Of a DNA stretch of 30,153 nt, positions 1 through 8,450 are shown piece by piece; position 1 is the stretch's first letter; the number at the start of each line of letters is the position of its first letter. Origin of the DNA: an archaeon (GTDB lineage: Archaea; Nanobdellota; Nanobdellia; Woesearchaeales; UBA9642); the NCBI GenBank assembly GCA_043806035.1, contig JAZDHK010000009.1:1-30153 (forward strand). Direction: 5' to 3'. Position numbers and translations under genes: made by a program. The notes below the pieces were generated by a model. That model did not search any database. It was given only the letters and a program-made list of their open reading frames with translations, and was not told where the DNA came from.

Positions 1-54
1 CAAGTGTTTCAAGTGCAGCTCTGTCTCTATCTTAATCTTAACTGAACGTGCCAC

Positions 55-86
55 AGTATATACCCAGTATATACTAAGTATAAATA
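55..86. promoter_or_regulatory. 11-bp-periodic AGTATA(TAC) repeats overlapping a minus-strand TATA box
   Basis: AGTATATAC at 55-63 and 66-74, AGTATA at 77-82; palindrome AGTATATACT at 66-75; minus-strand TTTATACT at 84-77 preceded by purine-rich CGAAAAA. Confidence 0.45.
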
Positions 87-119
87 TTTTTCGGTTTTCA
101 CAAAACTACTCACGAGAAG

Positions 120-1253
120 TTAATCAGTTACGGAGATACTGGTTGTCTGCAAGTGCTGCTTATTCTCAACAGACCGTGCGTACATGGCAAGGATGTAGTC
201 GTGCAAGTGTGCAGGATGGCTGTGCAGGCGTTTGAGGAATGCGTCTTCAGTGACGGGGATGCCTTGCAGTTTCCTGTGCGCAGAGAGGTTGGAAGGCCAC
301 AATATGTACTGTCGTTGGATGCGGTCATCGAGCGTGAGCGCGACCTCCTCCTCATCCTGGAAATGGCCATCAAGTGGTTCGCCGAAGGCGACATGGACTC
401 TTCCCTTGTAGCCCTTGACGCTGAGGGTCATGCTTCTCCTGTCCTCACCTTCACTTTTTCTGTATTTACCGTTGCTCTTCTCCTTGATGTACAGCTCATG
501 TGCCATCATGCCGTCGCAGGGCAAGTACTCATACGAGAGCGTCACGGGAACGATGCGTAATTCACGGATAATGTCAGGAAAAGAGTCTGTCTGGCGTTGG
601 GCGAGGGTGAGCATCTTGATGATCGCCTGCTGTGTCCTGTCCTCCCCGTCCTTTGATCTGCCTTCCCGTTGCGCGAGCCACATGTTCTTTCCTTGCTGCC
701 TTCGCGTCCAGATGTACTGAGAAAGGTGTTCTGCCTCATGCAGCTTTTCCTTGCTGAACAAATCTCGCTTCACCACATACGCTTTGTTGAGCCTGACGAT
801 ATTCGCTATCCATCTCCTGCTGAGCAAATTCGATCCGATGCCGAGCTCTGCAGTCTCGAAACCGTTCATGTACAGCCCGTAGTTGATGAGCATGGGATCA
901 GTGATGATGTCTTTGTGGTTGGAGATGAACAGGTAGCCTTTGCCATCATTGGCAAGCTGCTCTATGCCCGAGTAAGAAAGTTCGTCAATGGTTGCTTTGA
1001 CGAGATGCCGTATATACCAGAATTCTGCCCGTTGGAGATTACGAACGGTAGGAAGCTTGGGCACCCACGTTGCCAGGCCGAGCAGCCCTCTGCCAAACGT
1101 GGAGAGTGCGCGTGCGGGCAGTTCATATTTTGCAATGCGCAGGCAGAGGTCATGCCATGCGTGCCTGAATTCTGCATCCTTGAGCAAGTGCTGTACTTTC
1201 TTTCGCAGTTCGTGATCTCGATAGGGACGAATATCCGAAAAAGAGTCATCCAT
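120..1253 (-). CDS. Glycerol-3-phosphate/lysophospholipid acyltransferase (PlsB/PlsC superfamily, bacterial type)
   Basis: HX4D catalytic motif (FISNHKDIITD), IGSNL and WLAQREGRSKDG blocks, N-terminal FSDIRPY; TATA-like element about 22 nt upstream. Confidence 0.85.
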   Translation of the reverse strand: MDDSFSDIRPYRDHELRKKVQHLLKDAEFRHAWHDLCLRIAKYELPARALSTFGRGLLGLATWVPKLPTVRNLQRAEFWYIRHLVKATIDELSYSGIEQLANDGKGYLFISNHKDIITDPMLINYGLYMNGFETAELGIGSNLLSRRWIANIVRLNKAYVVKRDLFSKEKLHEAEHLSQYIWTRRQQGKNMWLAQREGRSKDGEDRTQQAIIKMLTLAQRQTDSFPDIIRELRIVPVTLSYEYLPCDGMMAHELYIKEKSNGKYRKSEGEDRRSMTLSVKGYKGRVHVAFGEPLDGHFQDEEEVALTLDDRIQRQYILWPSNLSAHRKLQGIPVTEDAFLKRLHSHPAHLHDYILAMYARSVENKQHLQTTSISVTD

Positions 1254-1285
1254 ACAGGACAGGAATACTGTACTGATTAATATAG

Positions 1286-2248
1286 CTATTGCCGAGCAAA
1301 ACTTCCCGCAACGATCAAGGGGAAGACGATGCTCGCTTCCGCAACAATCTTCACGGCAACGCTGTCCACCTTGAGTTTCGCCCAGGTCTTGGCCTCTTCG
1401 GGATTCCCGCCAGAATCAGAGCCGTCATGCTCTGTCGCGGTCGTTATGTAGACGGCAGAGTCTGCTCCTCCTCTGAAGATGTTTGCGTTGAGGACGTAGT
1501 GCTTAGGCATGCCTCCTCCTAAAAATATGCAGCCGACGTTCTCTTGGGCGAGCATGAAGTCGATGATGCGCTTGTGGTCTTGAGCGACGTCGACGACAAA
1601 ATCACGATGGTTGTAGAGGAAGTAGTAGATGAGGTCGCCAATGCTGCCGTCCATGATGCCCGGGCAGAAGACAGGGATGTCGTGCTTTGCCGCCCAGTAC
1701 AGGTAGCTGCTTTCGTCATTGATAGCTAGCCCTAGCGCTTTTGTCAGTTGGGTGACGCTGATGGTCTTGTGCTCGTAGAGCTTGCTGAGCAAAGGGGTGA
1801 AGAACTGGTCAAAGTAGGCGTATCTGTCGTCGGGGACGAGGATGTTGCCTATCCTGGATATGCCTTGCTCTGCAAGAACCTTTCCGGGAATGTCGAAATT
1901 TCCTAGCTTGAACGTGCCTAGGCATTTGATGATGTCTTCTTCAACGCCCCCTGCCGAGGTGACGATGAGCTGGACTTTCTTATTTTTTACAAGATACGTT
2001 ATGATGTCTCTTAATCCTGAGCTGATGATGTTTGAGGTCATGCTCAGGCAGATGGTCGCTTTTTTTTCCAGCATGTCATTGATGATGCCTGTGCCTTTGC
2101 TGAGGTTTGCCGCCTGCAACCCCGTTGCATCGTATGCAGTGATGAATTCCTGCAGCGTCTGGTCTTTTGAGAAGTCGTGCCCTTTAATGTCCGTGTGCCC
2201 TTCAAGCCTGTTGAGCGTTTTGGGGGCGTAGTGCCGTATTTTTTCCAT
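1286..2248 (-). CDS. dhs: Deoxyhypusine synthase
   Basis: TSNIISSGLR, TSAGGVEEDIIK, RIGNILVP, DGSIGD, GGGMPKH, DGSDSGG-P-EA-TW-K motifs; start moved to ATG 2248, which follows SD AGGTGA. Confidence 0.95.
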   Translation of the reverse strand: MEKIRHYAPKTLNRLEGHTDIKGHDFSKDQTLQEFITAYDATGLQAANLSKGTGIINDMLEKKATICLSMTSNIISSGLRDIITYLVKNKKVQLIVTSAGGVEEDIIKCLGTFKLGNFDIPGKVLAEQGISRIGNILVPDDRYAYFDQFFTPLLSKLYEHKTISVTQLTKALGLAINDESSYLYWAAKHDIPVFCPGIMDGSIGDLIYYFLYNHRDFVVDVAQDHKRIIDFMLAQENVGCIFLGGGMPKHYVLNANIFRGGADSAVYITTATEHDGSDSGGNPEEAKTWAKLKVDSVAVKIVAEASIVFPLIVAGSFARQ

Positions 2249-2292
2249 GAGTATCACCTACGAAAAGTCTGGTGCGTATGCTGAAGAAGTGC

Positions 2293-2322
2293 TTAAGATT
2301 TTGAGCGTACGCAATTCTGCAT
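2293..2322 (-). other. Candidate leaderless uORF MQNCVRSKS ahead of dhs
   Basis: gagcATG at 2322, 21 nt from TTTAAAAA (2351-2344), the same geometry as real starts in this window; TAA at 2295-2293. Confidence 0.4.
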
Positions 2323-2359
2323 GCTCTGGAGAACACCACTCTCTTTTTAAATGCTTTGC

Positions 2360-2677
2360 TTATAGAACTTGGCGGCTGAGCAGTAACGTAATGAATTCCA
2401 TCGCCGACTGATACTGTCCAGAATATTCCTTCACGATCTCTCTCGTAATGTACAATTTCTTGTACTGGGGATGGTTATGGATCACGATATCAATCACGTC
2501 TTCCGCGGGAGCGGGTACTGATCTACATAGGAAGGGATGTCGTTCACAGATGTTGGCCAGGCATTGCTCAAGGCAACCGTTCTCGTACCATACAAATTGA
2601 GAATGCTGCGGCGGGCTGACCACCTTATACTGTTGCCCGCAGCCGCCGAGGTCAATGATGTCAACGCTGTATTCCAT
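2360..2677 (-). CDS. Hypothetical protein (105 aa)
   Basis: Fills the dhs-htpX gap; no motif recognised. Confidence 0.5.
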   Translation of the reverse strand: MEYSVDIIDLGGCGQQYKVVSPPQHSQFVWYENGCLEQCLANICERHPFLCRSVPAPAEDVIDIVIHNHPQYKKLYITREIVKEYSGQYQSAMEFITLLLSRQVL

Positions 2678-2800
2678 GTGCTGTCACACAATCGTTCCAG
2701 CCCTGCTTCTTGCATAAGACACTATTTAAATATTGCGTTTTGTGCGAAAAGAGACAGGTGATACACAAATTATTAAAATGGGCCTGTCACCTCTCCCCAC

Positions 2801-3649
2801 ATGAACAGACGTGGGCTTAATCAGTTCAAGACGGCAATACTGCTCGCAGCATTGACGGGCGTCCTGCTCCTCGTCGGCGGGCTTGTCGCCGGCAAGGCAG
2901 GATTGGTCATTGCGATCATCTTCAGCATCGTCATCAACTTTCTCATGTTCTTCTTCTCTGACAAGATCGCGCTTGCCCTGTACAAGGCGAAAGAGGTGAA
3001 GCAGGCCCAGGCTACTCGCCTGTTCAAGATCGTCAAAGAAACTGCCAGAGAGGCAGGCATTCCTGTGCCGCGCGTGTACATCATCAGCGACCAAAGCCCA
3101 AACGCATTCGCTACAGGAAGGAGTCCGAGCAAGGCAGCTATAGCGTGCACGGAAGGCATCCTTTCTCTGCTGAACGACCAAGAGTTAAAGGGCGTCATTG
3201 CACACGAACTGAGCCATGTCAAGAACAGGGATACGCTCATCGCCACGATTGCGGCAACCATTGCAGGAGTCATTTCGTTCGTGGCGAGCATGGCGCGTTG
3301 GGCCGCTATCTTCGGCAGCGACGATGACAGAGGCAACTGGATAGGATTGTTGGTCATTGCCATCCTTGCACCACTGATTGCGTTGCTGCTCCAGCTGGCA
3401 ATCTCTCGAAGCAGGGAATACCTTGCAGACTACACTGCAGCGCACATCGTGCATGACGGCAAAGGACTGGCACAGGCTCTTGAGAAACTGGAGAAAGGCA
3501 TCCAGGAGAAGCCATTGCGGAGCAATAGCAGAGCGGGTGCTTCCTTGTTTATTGCCAATCCGTTCAATGCAAAAGGCTTGCTGAACATGTTCAGCACCCA
3601 CCCACCCATCAAAGAACGGGTGAGACGACTGCATGCGATGAAATTCTGA
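2801..3649 (+). CDS. htpX: Zinc metalloprotease HtpX (M48)
   Basis: N-terminal TM helices, PNAFATGR, HELSH zinc motif, SRSREYLAD, FSTHPP. Confidence 0.95.
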   Translation: MNRRGLNQFKTAILLAALTGVLLLVGGLVAGKAGLVIAIIFSIVINFLMFFFSDKIALALYKAKEVKQAQATRLFKIVKETAREAGIPVPRVYIISDQSPNAFATGRSPSKAAIACTEGILSLLNDQELKGVIAHELSHVKNRDTLIATIAATIAGVISFVASMARWAAIFGSDDDRGNWIGLLVIAILAPLIALLLQLAISRSREYLADYTAAHIVHDGKGLAQALEKLEKGIQEKPLRSNSRAGASLFIANPFNAKGLLNMFSTHPPIKERVRRLHAMKF

Positions 3650-3785
3650 AAGGTAAAATAGTATGATGTTATACTTGTTCCCTTGCTGCCAGCAGAGGGT
3701 ATTTTGGCTTCCAATCAAAGACTAGAGCAGAACAAGACGTGCTGGTCTTTACAGAACGCTTCTCCCATAAACAGGCGCAGCGGGA

Positions 3786-5513
3786 TTAGCTGTTCACTTC
3801 CCGCTCAAGAGAGACTACGCTTTCCTTGATGAGGTCGAACCCTCGCTGCCAGAATGCTTCCTGCGTGATGTCTATACCTAGCTCGCCGAGCATTTTTTGC
3901 GGTGATGCAGACCCGCCGTAGCTGAGGAGCTTCTTGTACTTGGGGATAAAGCTTTTTCCTTCCTGCTCGTACATGTTGTAGAGGGACAGCACCAAGAGAT
4001 TGCCGAACGCGTACGCGTAGCAGTAGAACGGCGTGTGGTAGATGTGCGAGACGTATTTCCACTCGTGTTGGAACAGGTCAGGGACGGAGAGAGCATCGCC
4101 GAACTGTTCGCGGAGCGTCTCCAAGTACACATGGTTAAGATCGTGCAGGGTGCATCCTTTTGCTATCATGTCATGCGCTTGCTGCTCGAAGAGGGTGAAG
4201 TATGCCTGCCTGGTGATGCTGGCGTACTGGTCGTTGAGCCTGCCCATGAGCAGGGATATCTTTTCTTCCTTGGTTGCCGTCTTCATGAGTTCTTTGGAGA
4301 GCAGCATCTCGGCGAAAATGCTTGCCGTCTCCGCAAGTGGCAGGCAGCTGTGAAAGGTATAGAGTGTCTGGTCTTTTGCAAACAAGCTATGCACGCCATG
4401 ACCCAGCTCGTGCGCCATGGTCGTCACATCCCTGAGCTTTCCCGTGTGGTTGAGCAGGACGTAGGGAGTTATGTTCTGTGTTACCGTCCAGCAGAATGCG
4501 CCGCTCTGCTTGTTCTCAGTGAAGTCTGCATGGACGTGCTGCTCGTCGAAAATGCGTTGTGCTGCAGCGTAGATGTCCGCATCGAACGCCTTGAACGTGT
4601 CGAGCACGAGCCGCTTGGACTGCTCGAAGTCGTACGTCCGCTCTTCTGTGGAAAATGGCGCGTACAGGTCATACCTGTCCATCTTCTTTATGCCGCACAG
4701 CTTCGCCTTGATCTTGAAATAGTCCTGGAAGACCGTCCTGTTCTTGCGCACGACGTTCAGGAGGGCTTGCACTGCAGCGTCGGGAAGGTCGTTGTCGAGG
4801 TTCCGCGCGCTGAGGGGGGAGTCATACTTTCTGATCTTGAGCTGCTCATTCTTTTCGTCGGTGACAATGCTCTTGTACAATTCTCCCAGGACATCCTCTT
4901 CCTGCGCATATTCTTTCATGACGAGCTGGTAGCTTCTCTTACGCAATGCTCGCGAGGGGCTGGTCCAATGACTTGTGATTTTTTCCTGCGGTTCGAGCTT
5001 TCCTTCCCATCTGAATCGGAAGCGGTTGGTGATGAGATCATAGAGCTTGGAGAAATTGTTGCTTGTTATGCCTTTGAGGTTGAGGATGGTCTCTTCCTTC
5101 TCACTGAGCGTGTATTTTCTAAAGCGGCGTGCAGTCTCGAGGACATAGTGGTATTTTCCCGAAATGGCTATGTATTCCTGCACTTTGTCGTCAGGCAATT
5201 CCTTGAACCAGAGGTTGAAGAACAGCAGTTTGTTGCTGATGTCTGCACTGATGTCTTCTATCGTGCTGGAATGCGCCAGACGTACAGCGTCAGAGGTGTT
5301 TTCAGTTAACCACAGTCCCGCATAGCCTTCGAGCCAGGTAAGCTTTTCGAGGAGCGTTTCCTTTTCCTGCAACACGGCCATGAATTGATCGGGAGAGAGG
5401 GTTGGCAATTGTTCTCTGTACTGCGTGAACTTTTCCGTGAGGGTTTGCACTTCGGCAACAAGTTCATTTGTCTTTTCGAACGGATAGATGTCCTCGAGTT
5501 TCCAGACGACCAT
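3786..5513 (-). CDS. pepF: Oligoendopeptidase F (M3B)
   Basis: KQSGAFC, HELGHGVH, LAETASIFAE, HIYHTPFYCYAYAFG. Confidence 0.93.
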   Translation of the reverse strand: MVVWKLEDIYPFEKTNELVAEVQTLTEKFTQYREQLPTLSPDQFMAVLQEKETLLEKLTWLEGYAGLWLTENTSDAVRLAHSSTIEDISADISNKLLFFNLWFKELPDDKVQEYIAISGKYHYVLETARRFRKYTLSEKEETILNLKGITSNNFSKLYDLITNRFRFRWEGKLEPQEKITSHWTSPSRALRKRSYQLVMKEYAQEEDVLGELYKSIVTDEKNEQLKIRKYDSPLSARNLDNDLPDAAVQALLNVVRKNRTVFQDYFKIKAKLCGIKKMDRYDLYAPFSTEERTYDFEQSKRLVLDTFKAFDADIYAAAQRIFDEQHVHADFTENKQSGAFCWTVTQNITPYVLLNHTGKLRDVTTMAHELGHGVHSLFAKDQTLYTFHSCLPLAETASIFAEMLLSKELMKTATKEEKISLLMGRLNDQYASITRQAYFTLFEQQAHDMIAKGCTLHDLNHVYLETLREQFGDALSVPDLFQHEWKYVSHIYHTPFYCYAYAFGNLLVLSLYNMYEQEGKSFIPKYKKLLSYGGSASPQKMLGELGIDITQEAFWQRGFDLIKESVVSLEREVNS

Positions 5514-5537
5514 GCAGAGACGAATGCACCTGGTCTT

Positions 5538-6461
5538 TTAAAGCTTGCTAAAAATAGCTTTTGCTGATTTTTCGTTCGGCGCTTGGACGATGACTCGCCC
5601 GTCAGGGAAGAATGCGCAATTCGCACAGGAGAATGCGATAGTGAATTCTCTGAATGTCTTTTCGGATGCGTATTTTTTCTTGAGCGCAGGGTATGCTTGC
5701 GTTGTCCTGAATTGGAATGTCGTGCCGCCACAGAATGTGCTTGGCAGGGCAGTGCGCTGCATGAATTTTTTGTTGCAGGCAGGACAGTTTTTTCTCGGCA
5801 GAACACGAATTCTGTCGTACTGTTGCCGGATCAGGTCGACATGCGTAACGAACGGCTCGCAGGATTTTTCGATGAGAGTTCTGCATGCCTGCTCGCATGC
5901 CATGCCTGCGATGACGTGGACTATTGACCCGAGAACGCCTTGTGCATCGCACGAATCCTGCACGCTTGTCTCGCCCAGCAGGCAACGCAAGCACGGTTTT
6001 TTCAGCACGGGAAAGACAAATCCTCTTCCTTCGATGACCGCTGCGTGGATGAATGGTTTTTTTGTTTTGAGGCAGTAGTCGTTGAGCAGGAATCTCGTGG
6101 GAAAGTTGTCCGTGCCATCCATGATGAGCTGCGCTTTCTTGAGAATGTGAACGTTGTCTGCAAAAAGTTCAACGGCATGCAGTTCAAGCTGCACGTCCTG
6201 CCGTATCTGGCGAAGGTGCGTCGCGGCAGCGCTGACTTTTGGTTTGCCAACATCCGCTTCCGTGTAGAGTGATTGCCGCTGCAAATTAGAGAGCTCGACG
6301 ATGTCTCTGTCGATGAGGATGAGTTTCTTTATGCCCACCCTGCACAGAATCTCTGCCATGACACTGCCCAACGCGCCGATGCCCACAATAGCAACCGTAC
6401 TCTGCTCGATGACCTGCTGGGCGCGCTTGCCAATGACGGCTTCCTGACGGGAGTATCTCAT
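5538..6461 (-). CDS. ThiF/MoeB/E1-like adenylyltransferase
   Basis: MRYSRQ, GIGALG, DRDIVELSNLQRQ, two CxxC zinc motifs, SC active-site Cys, C-terminal CG...FPDGRVIV extension. Confidence 0.92.
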   Translation of the reverse strand: MRYSRQEAVIGKRAQQVIEQSTVAIVGIGALGSVMAEILCRVGIKKLILIDRDIVELSNLQRQSLYTEADVGKPKVSAAATHLRQIRQDVQLELHAVELFADNVHILKKAQLIMDGTDNFPTRFLLNDYCLKTKKPFIHAAVIEGRGFVFPVLKKPCLRCLLGETSVQDSCDAQGVLGSIVHVIAGMACEQACRTLIEKSCEPFVTHVDLIRQQYDRIRVLPRKNCPACNKKFMQRTALPSTFCGGTTFQFRTTQAYPALKKKYASEKTFREFTIAFSCANCAFFPDGRVIVQAPNEKSAKAIFSKL

Positions 6462-6467
6462 GGTCGT

Positions 6468-7118
6468 TCATCGTCTGAGCACAAAGAACGCGTGGTCCTT
6501 CTCGTAGGGATCGAGGTCTTTCCAGTCAACGACCGTGCCTTGCTGTTGGAGCTGCTGTAACACATCCTTATAGATGACTCTGGGATCTTTGGTGACGTCG
6601 ATGCTTCGTGCTTTGACGGCAAGGCAGGCGATGCCGCCTTTTTTCAAGAATCTGTTGATGTTCTTGATGAAGATCTCGACCTGGTTCTTCTGGGAAATGT
6701 CCATGTAGACGATGTCCACTTTTGGCAAGGGAGGGTAGTTCTCTGGATGGTTGGCATCCGCAAGCAACGGGGCTATGTTCTTGCGTTGTTCTGCGATGAA
6801 GACGAGCTCTCGCAGGACGGTTGGTGAGAATTCGATGGCGTAGATGTTCCCAGAAATGAGCATGTCGCTCAAGTGGCTGACGGTAGTTCCCGTGCTCGCT
6901 CCCAAGTACAGGATCGTTGCGTCCTCCTTGATGTCGAGGTTGATCTTCTTGAGTATGGCTGCACTGAGCTTGCTGCGCGTGGCATCCCACTCCCTGTATT
7001 CTGTGCCGTGCTCTCGCTTGACCCGCTCGCCGTAAACGCTCATTCCCGGGATTGCGTTTTTTGTGTAGATCCGTCCTTTATCGAAAAAGACGCCTTTCAT
7101 GGTGTGGTGGGGATTCAT
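6468..7118 (-). CDS. flpA: Fibrillarin-like rRNA/tRNA 2'-O-methyltransferase
   Basis: VYGE, EYREW...RSKL, LYLGASTGTTVSH, KARSIDVT, LDPYEKDH; ATGA overlap with the nop5 stop. Confidence 0.96.
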   Translation of the reverse strand: MNPHHTMKGVFFDKGRIYTKNAIPGMSVYGERVKREHGTEYREWDATRSKLSAAILKKINLDIKEDATILYLGASTGTTVSHLSDMLISGNIYAIEFSPTVLRELVFIAEQRKNIAPLLADANHPENYPPLPKVDIVYMDISQKNQVEIFIKNINRFLKKGGIACLAVKARSIDVTKDPRVIYKDVLQQLQQQGTVVDWKDLDPYEKDHAFFVLRR

Positions 7119-7831
7119 GGGAATTTTTCCTCGAGCTGCTTCCTGAGCTGGTCGCCAATGAATTGTCCCTTGAAGTAGTCGACACGTGCGGCGATGGCGA
7201 TCTTGTCAGCCAATGCTCTTCCCGCCCTGCCTTTCTGCTTTGCACGTGCGACGATGGGATGTTGGAGGATAAAGCCGTGCTTGGGCGGCTTGCTGTTCTT
7301 GTTGCGCATATGTCTAAACAGTGCTTTTTCTGCCCCTAAAAGTTGGATGGTGGAGCTGTGCACTTCTGCAAGTTTTTTGAGGCTGCCGACGGCGTCGATG
7401 AGCTTTGCACCAACTAATGCGCCGGTGACGGCAAGAAGATTAGGGCAATAGGCGTGCATGACTTTTTCCAGGTACTGCGTGAGCTTCTCTCTCAGAAGAT
7501 ATGCTTGCTTTGCCTGCTGGGCAAGGGCGAGCAGTGCGTCGTTGTCTGCTGTGCTGAGTTCTTTGCCCATGCTGTTCTTTGGCCTGAGCTCTTTCCAGTC
7601 TTTTGTAAGTATGGCGGTGATGAGCGCCTCGTGGTCAGAAAAAGCGTGCTCTGCTTCTGGCAGGGTGAGTGCAAGCCAGTGCCTGAATCGTTTGCTGAGG
7701 GCATTGCAGACTTTGTTGAGTTCTTCGATGGACTGTATGGTCTGCATGACGAGATTGTCATTGCTGATGCTGGCAGCGATGTCTTTCCTTACGTTGACAA
7801 GGAATTCCTGCCGTACCGTGCCAAAGTCCAT
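7115..7831 (-). CDS. nop5: C/D box sRNP protein Nop5 (short, Nop domain)
   Basis: CPNLLAVTGALVGAKLI, STIQLLGAEKALF, PPKHGFI, KIAIAARVDYF; directly upstream of fibrillarin. Confidence 0.93.
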   Translation of the reverse strand: MDFGTVRQEFLVNVRKDIAASISNDNLVMQTIQSIEELNKVCNALSKRFRHWLALTLPEAEHAFSDHEALITAILTKDWKELRPKNSMGKELSTADNDALLALAQQAKQAYLLREKLTQYLEKVMHAYCPNLLAVTGALVGAKLIDAVGSLKKLAEVHSSTIQLLGAEKALFRHMRNKNSKPPKHGFILQHPIVARAKQKGRAGRALADKIAIAARVDYFKGQFIGDQLRKQLEEKFP

Positions 7832-7873
7832 GCTGCGATGAACTGGCTTTCTTTTATAAACGTTTAGGAATTT

Positions 7874-8425
7874 TTAGAATTCTTCAGCGGATCGTCTGCT
7901 GAGCTCTCGTCGTTGCCGCTCCAGCCACTTGTAGACGGAAGCGTGCGTGGAACCTTCGAGCAAGGAGAGCACTGCGCGCTTGGCTATGCTCATCTGGTCC
8001 ACTTGCCCGATGAGCGCTATGGTTTTGCCGTACACGCAGATGAAGCAGCCCGTCAGTTCTTCAATGGTCCGTCGTGACTTGCCATCAGCACCTATTACTC
8101 TGCCTTTCAGCCTGAGCAAGTGATTTTTTTGCTTGCTGTATTCTGCCAAGGAAACAATCTCGAGTAGGTAATCCTGCTTGAGCAGGAGTTTTGCCGTTTC
8201 TGGATTGAAGCCTCTGGCTATGGCCTTGATGACTTCACGCAGTTGATAGAGCTGCAAGGGATCCTTTCCCACGAGGGTGATGTCCCCTTCTTTTGAGTCA
8301 ACGCTCATTTTAGAGAGCGTTGCTTCCTCGAGTTCTTTCTTCGTAGAGCCTTCGACGCCGATGAGCACGGCTACCCTGTCTTTAGGGATTTTGAGCTCGT
8401 ACGCGAATTCCTCAGGACCGTCCAT
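7874..8425 (-). CDS. KH-domain rRNA-processing protein (Dim2/Pno1 family)
   Basis: IPKDRVAVLIG, KAIARGF, RLKGRVIGADGKSRRTIEELT, YGKT, GSTHASVY. Confidence 0.93.
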   Translation of the reverse strand: MDGPEEFAYELKIPKDRVAVLIGVEGSTKKELEEATLSKMSVDSKEGDITLVGKDPLQLYQLREVIKAIARGFNPETAKLLLKQDYLLEIVSLAEYSKQKNHLLRLKGRVIGADGKSRRTIEELTGCFICVYGKTIALIGQVDQMSIAKRAVLSLLEGSTHASVYKWLERQRRELSRRSAEEF

Positions 8426-8450
8426 GCGGCACGAAAACAGCCAATGCTTT

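Noticed and set aside
1-50. Short duplicated hexamers (CAAGTG, TCTTAA) as a possible CRISPR edge
   Set aside because: No repeat-spacer periodicity and no cas genes.
3716-3750. Weak inverted repeat between convergent htpX and pepF
   Set aside because: Short and imperfect; at most a terminator, and could be chance.
4035-5309. 424-aa plus-strand ORF
   Set aside because: Antisense shadow of pepF with no motifs; expected from codon bias.
6468-8450. C/D box guide RNAs near fibrillarin/nop5
   Set aside because: Intergenic gaps are too short and no paired RUGAUGA/CUGA boxes were found.
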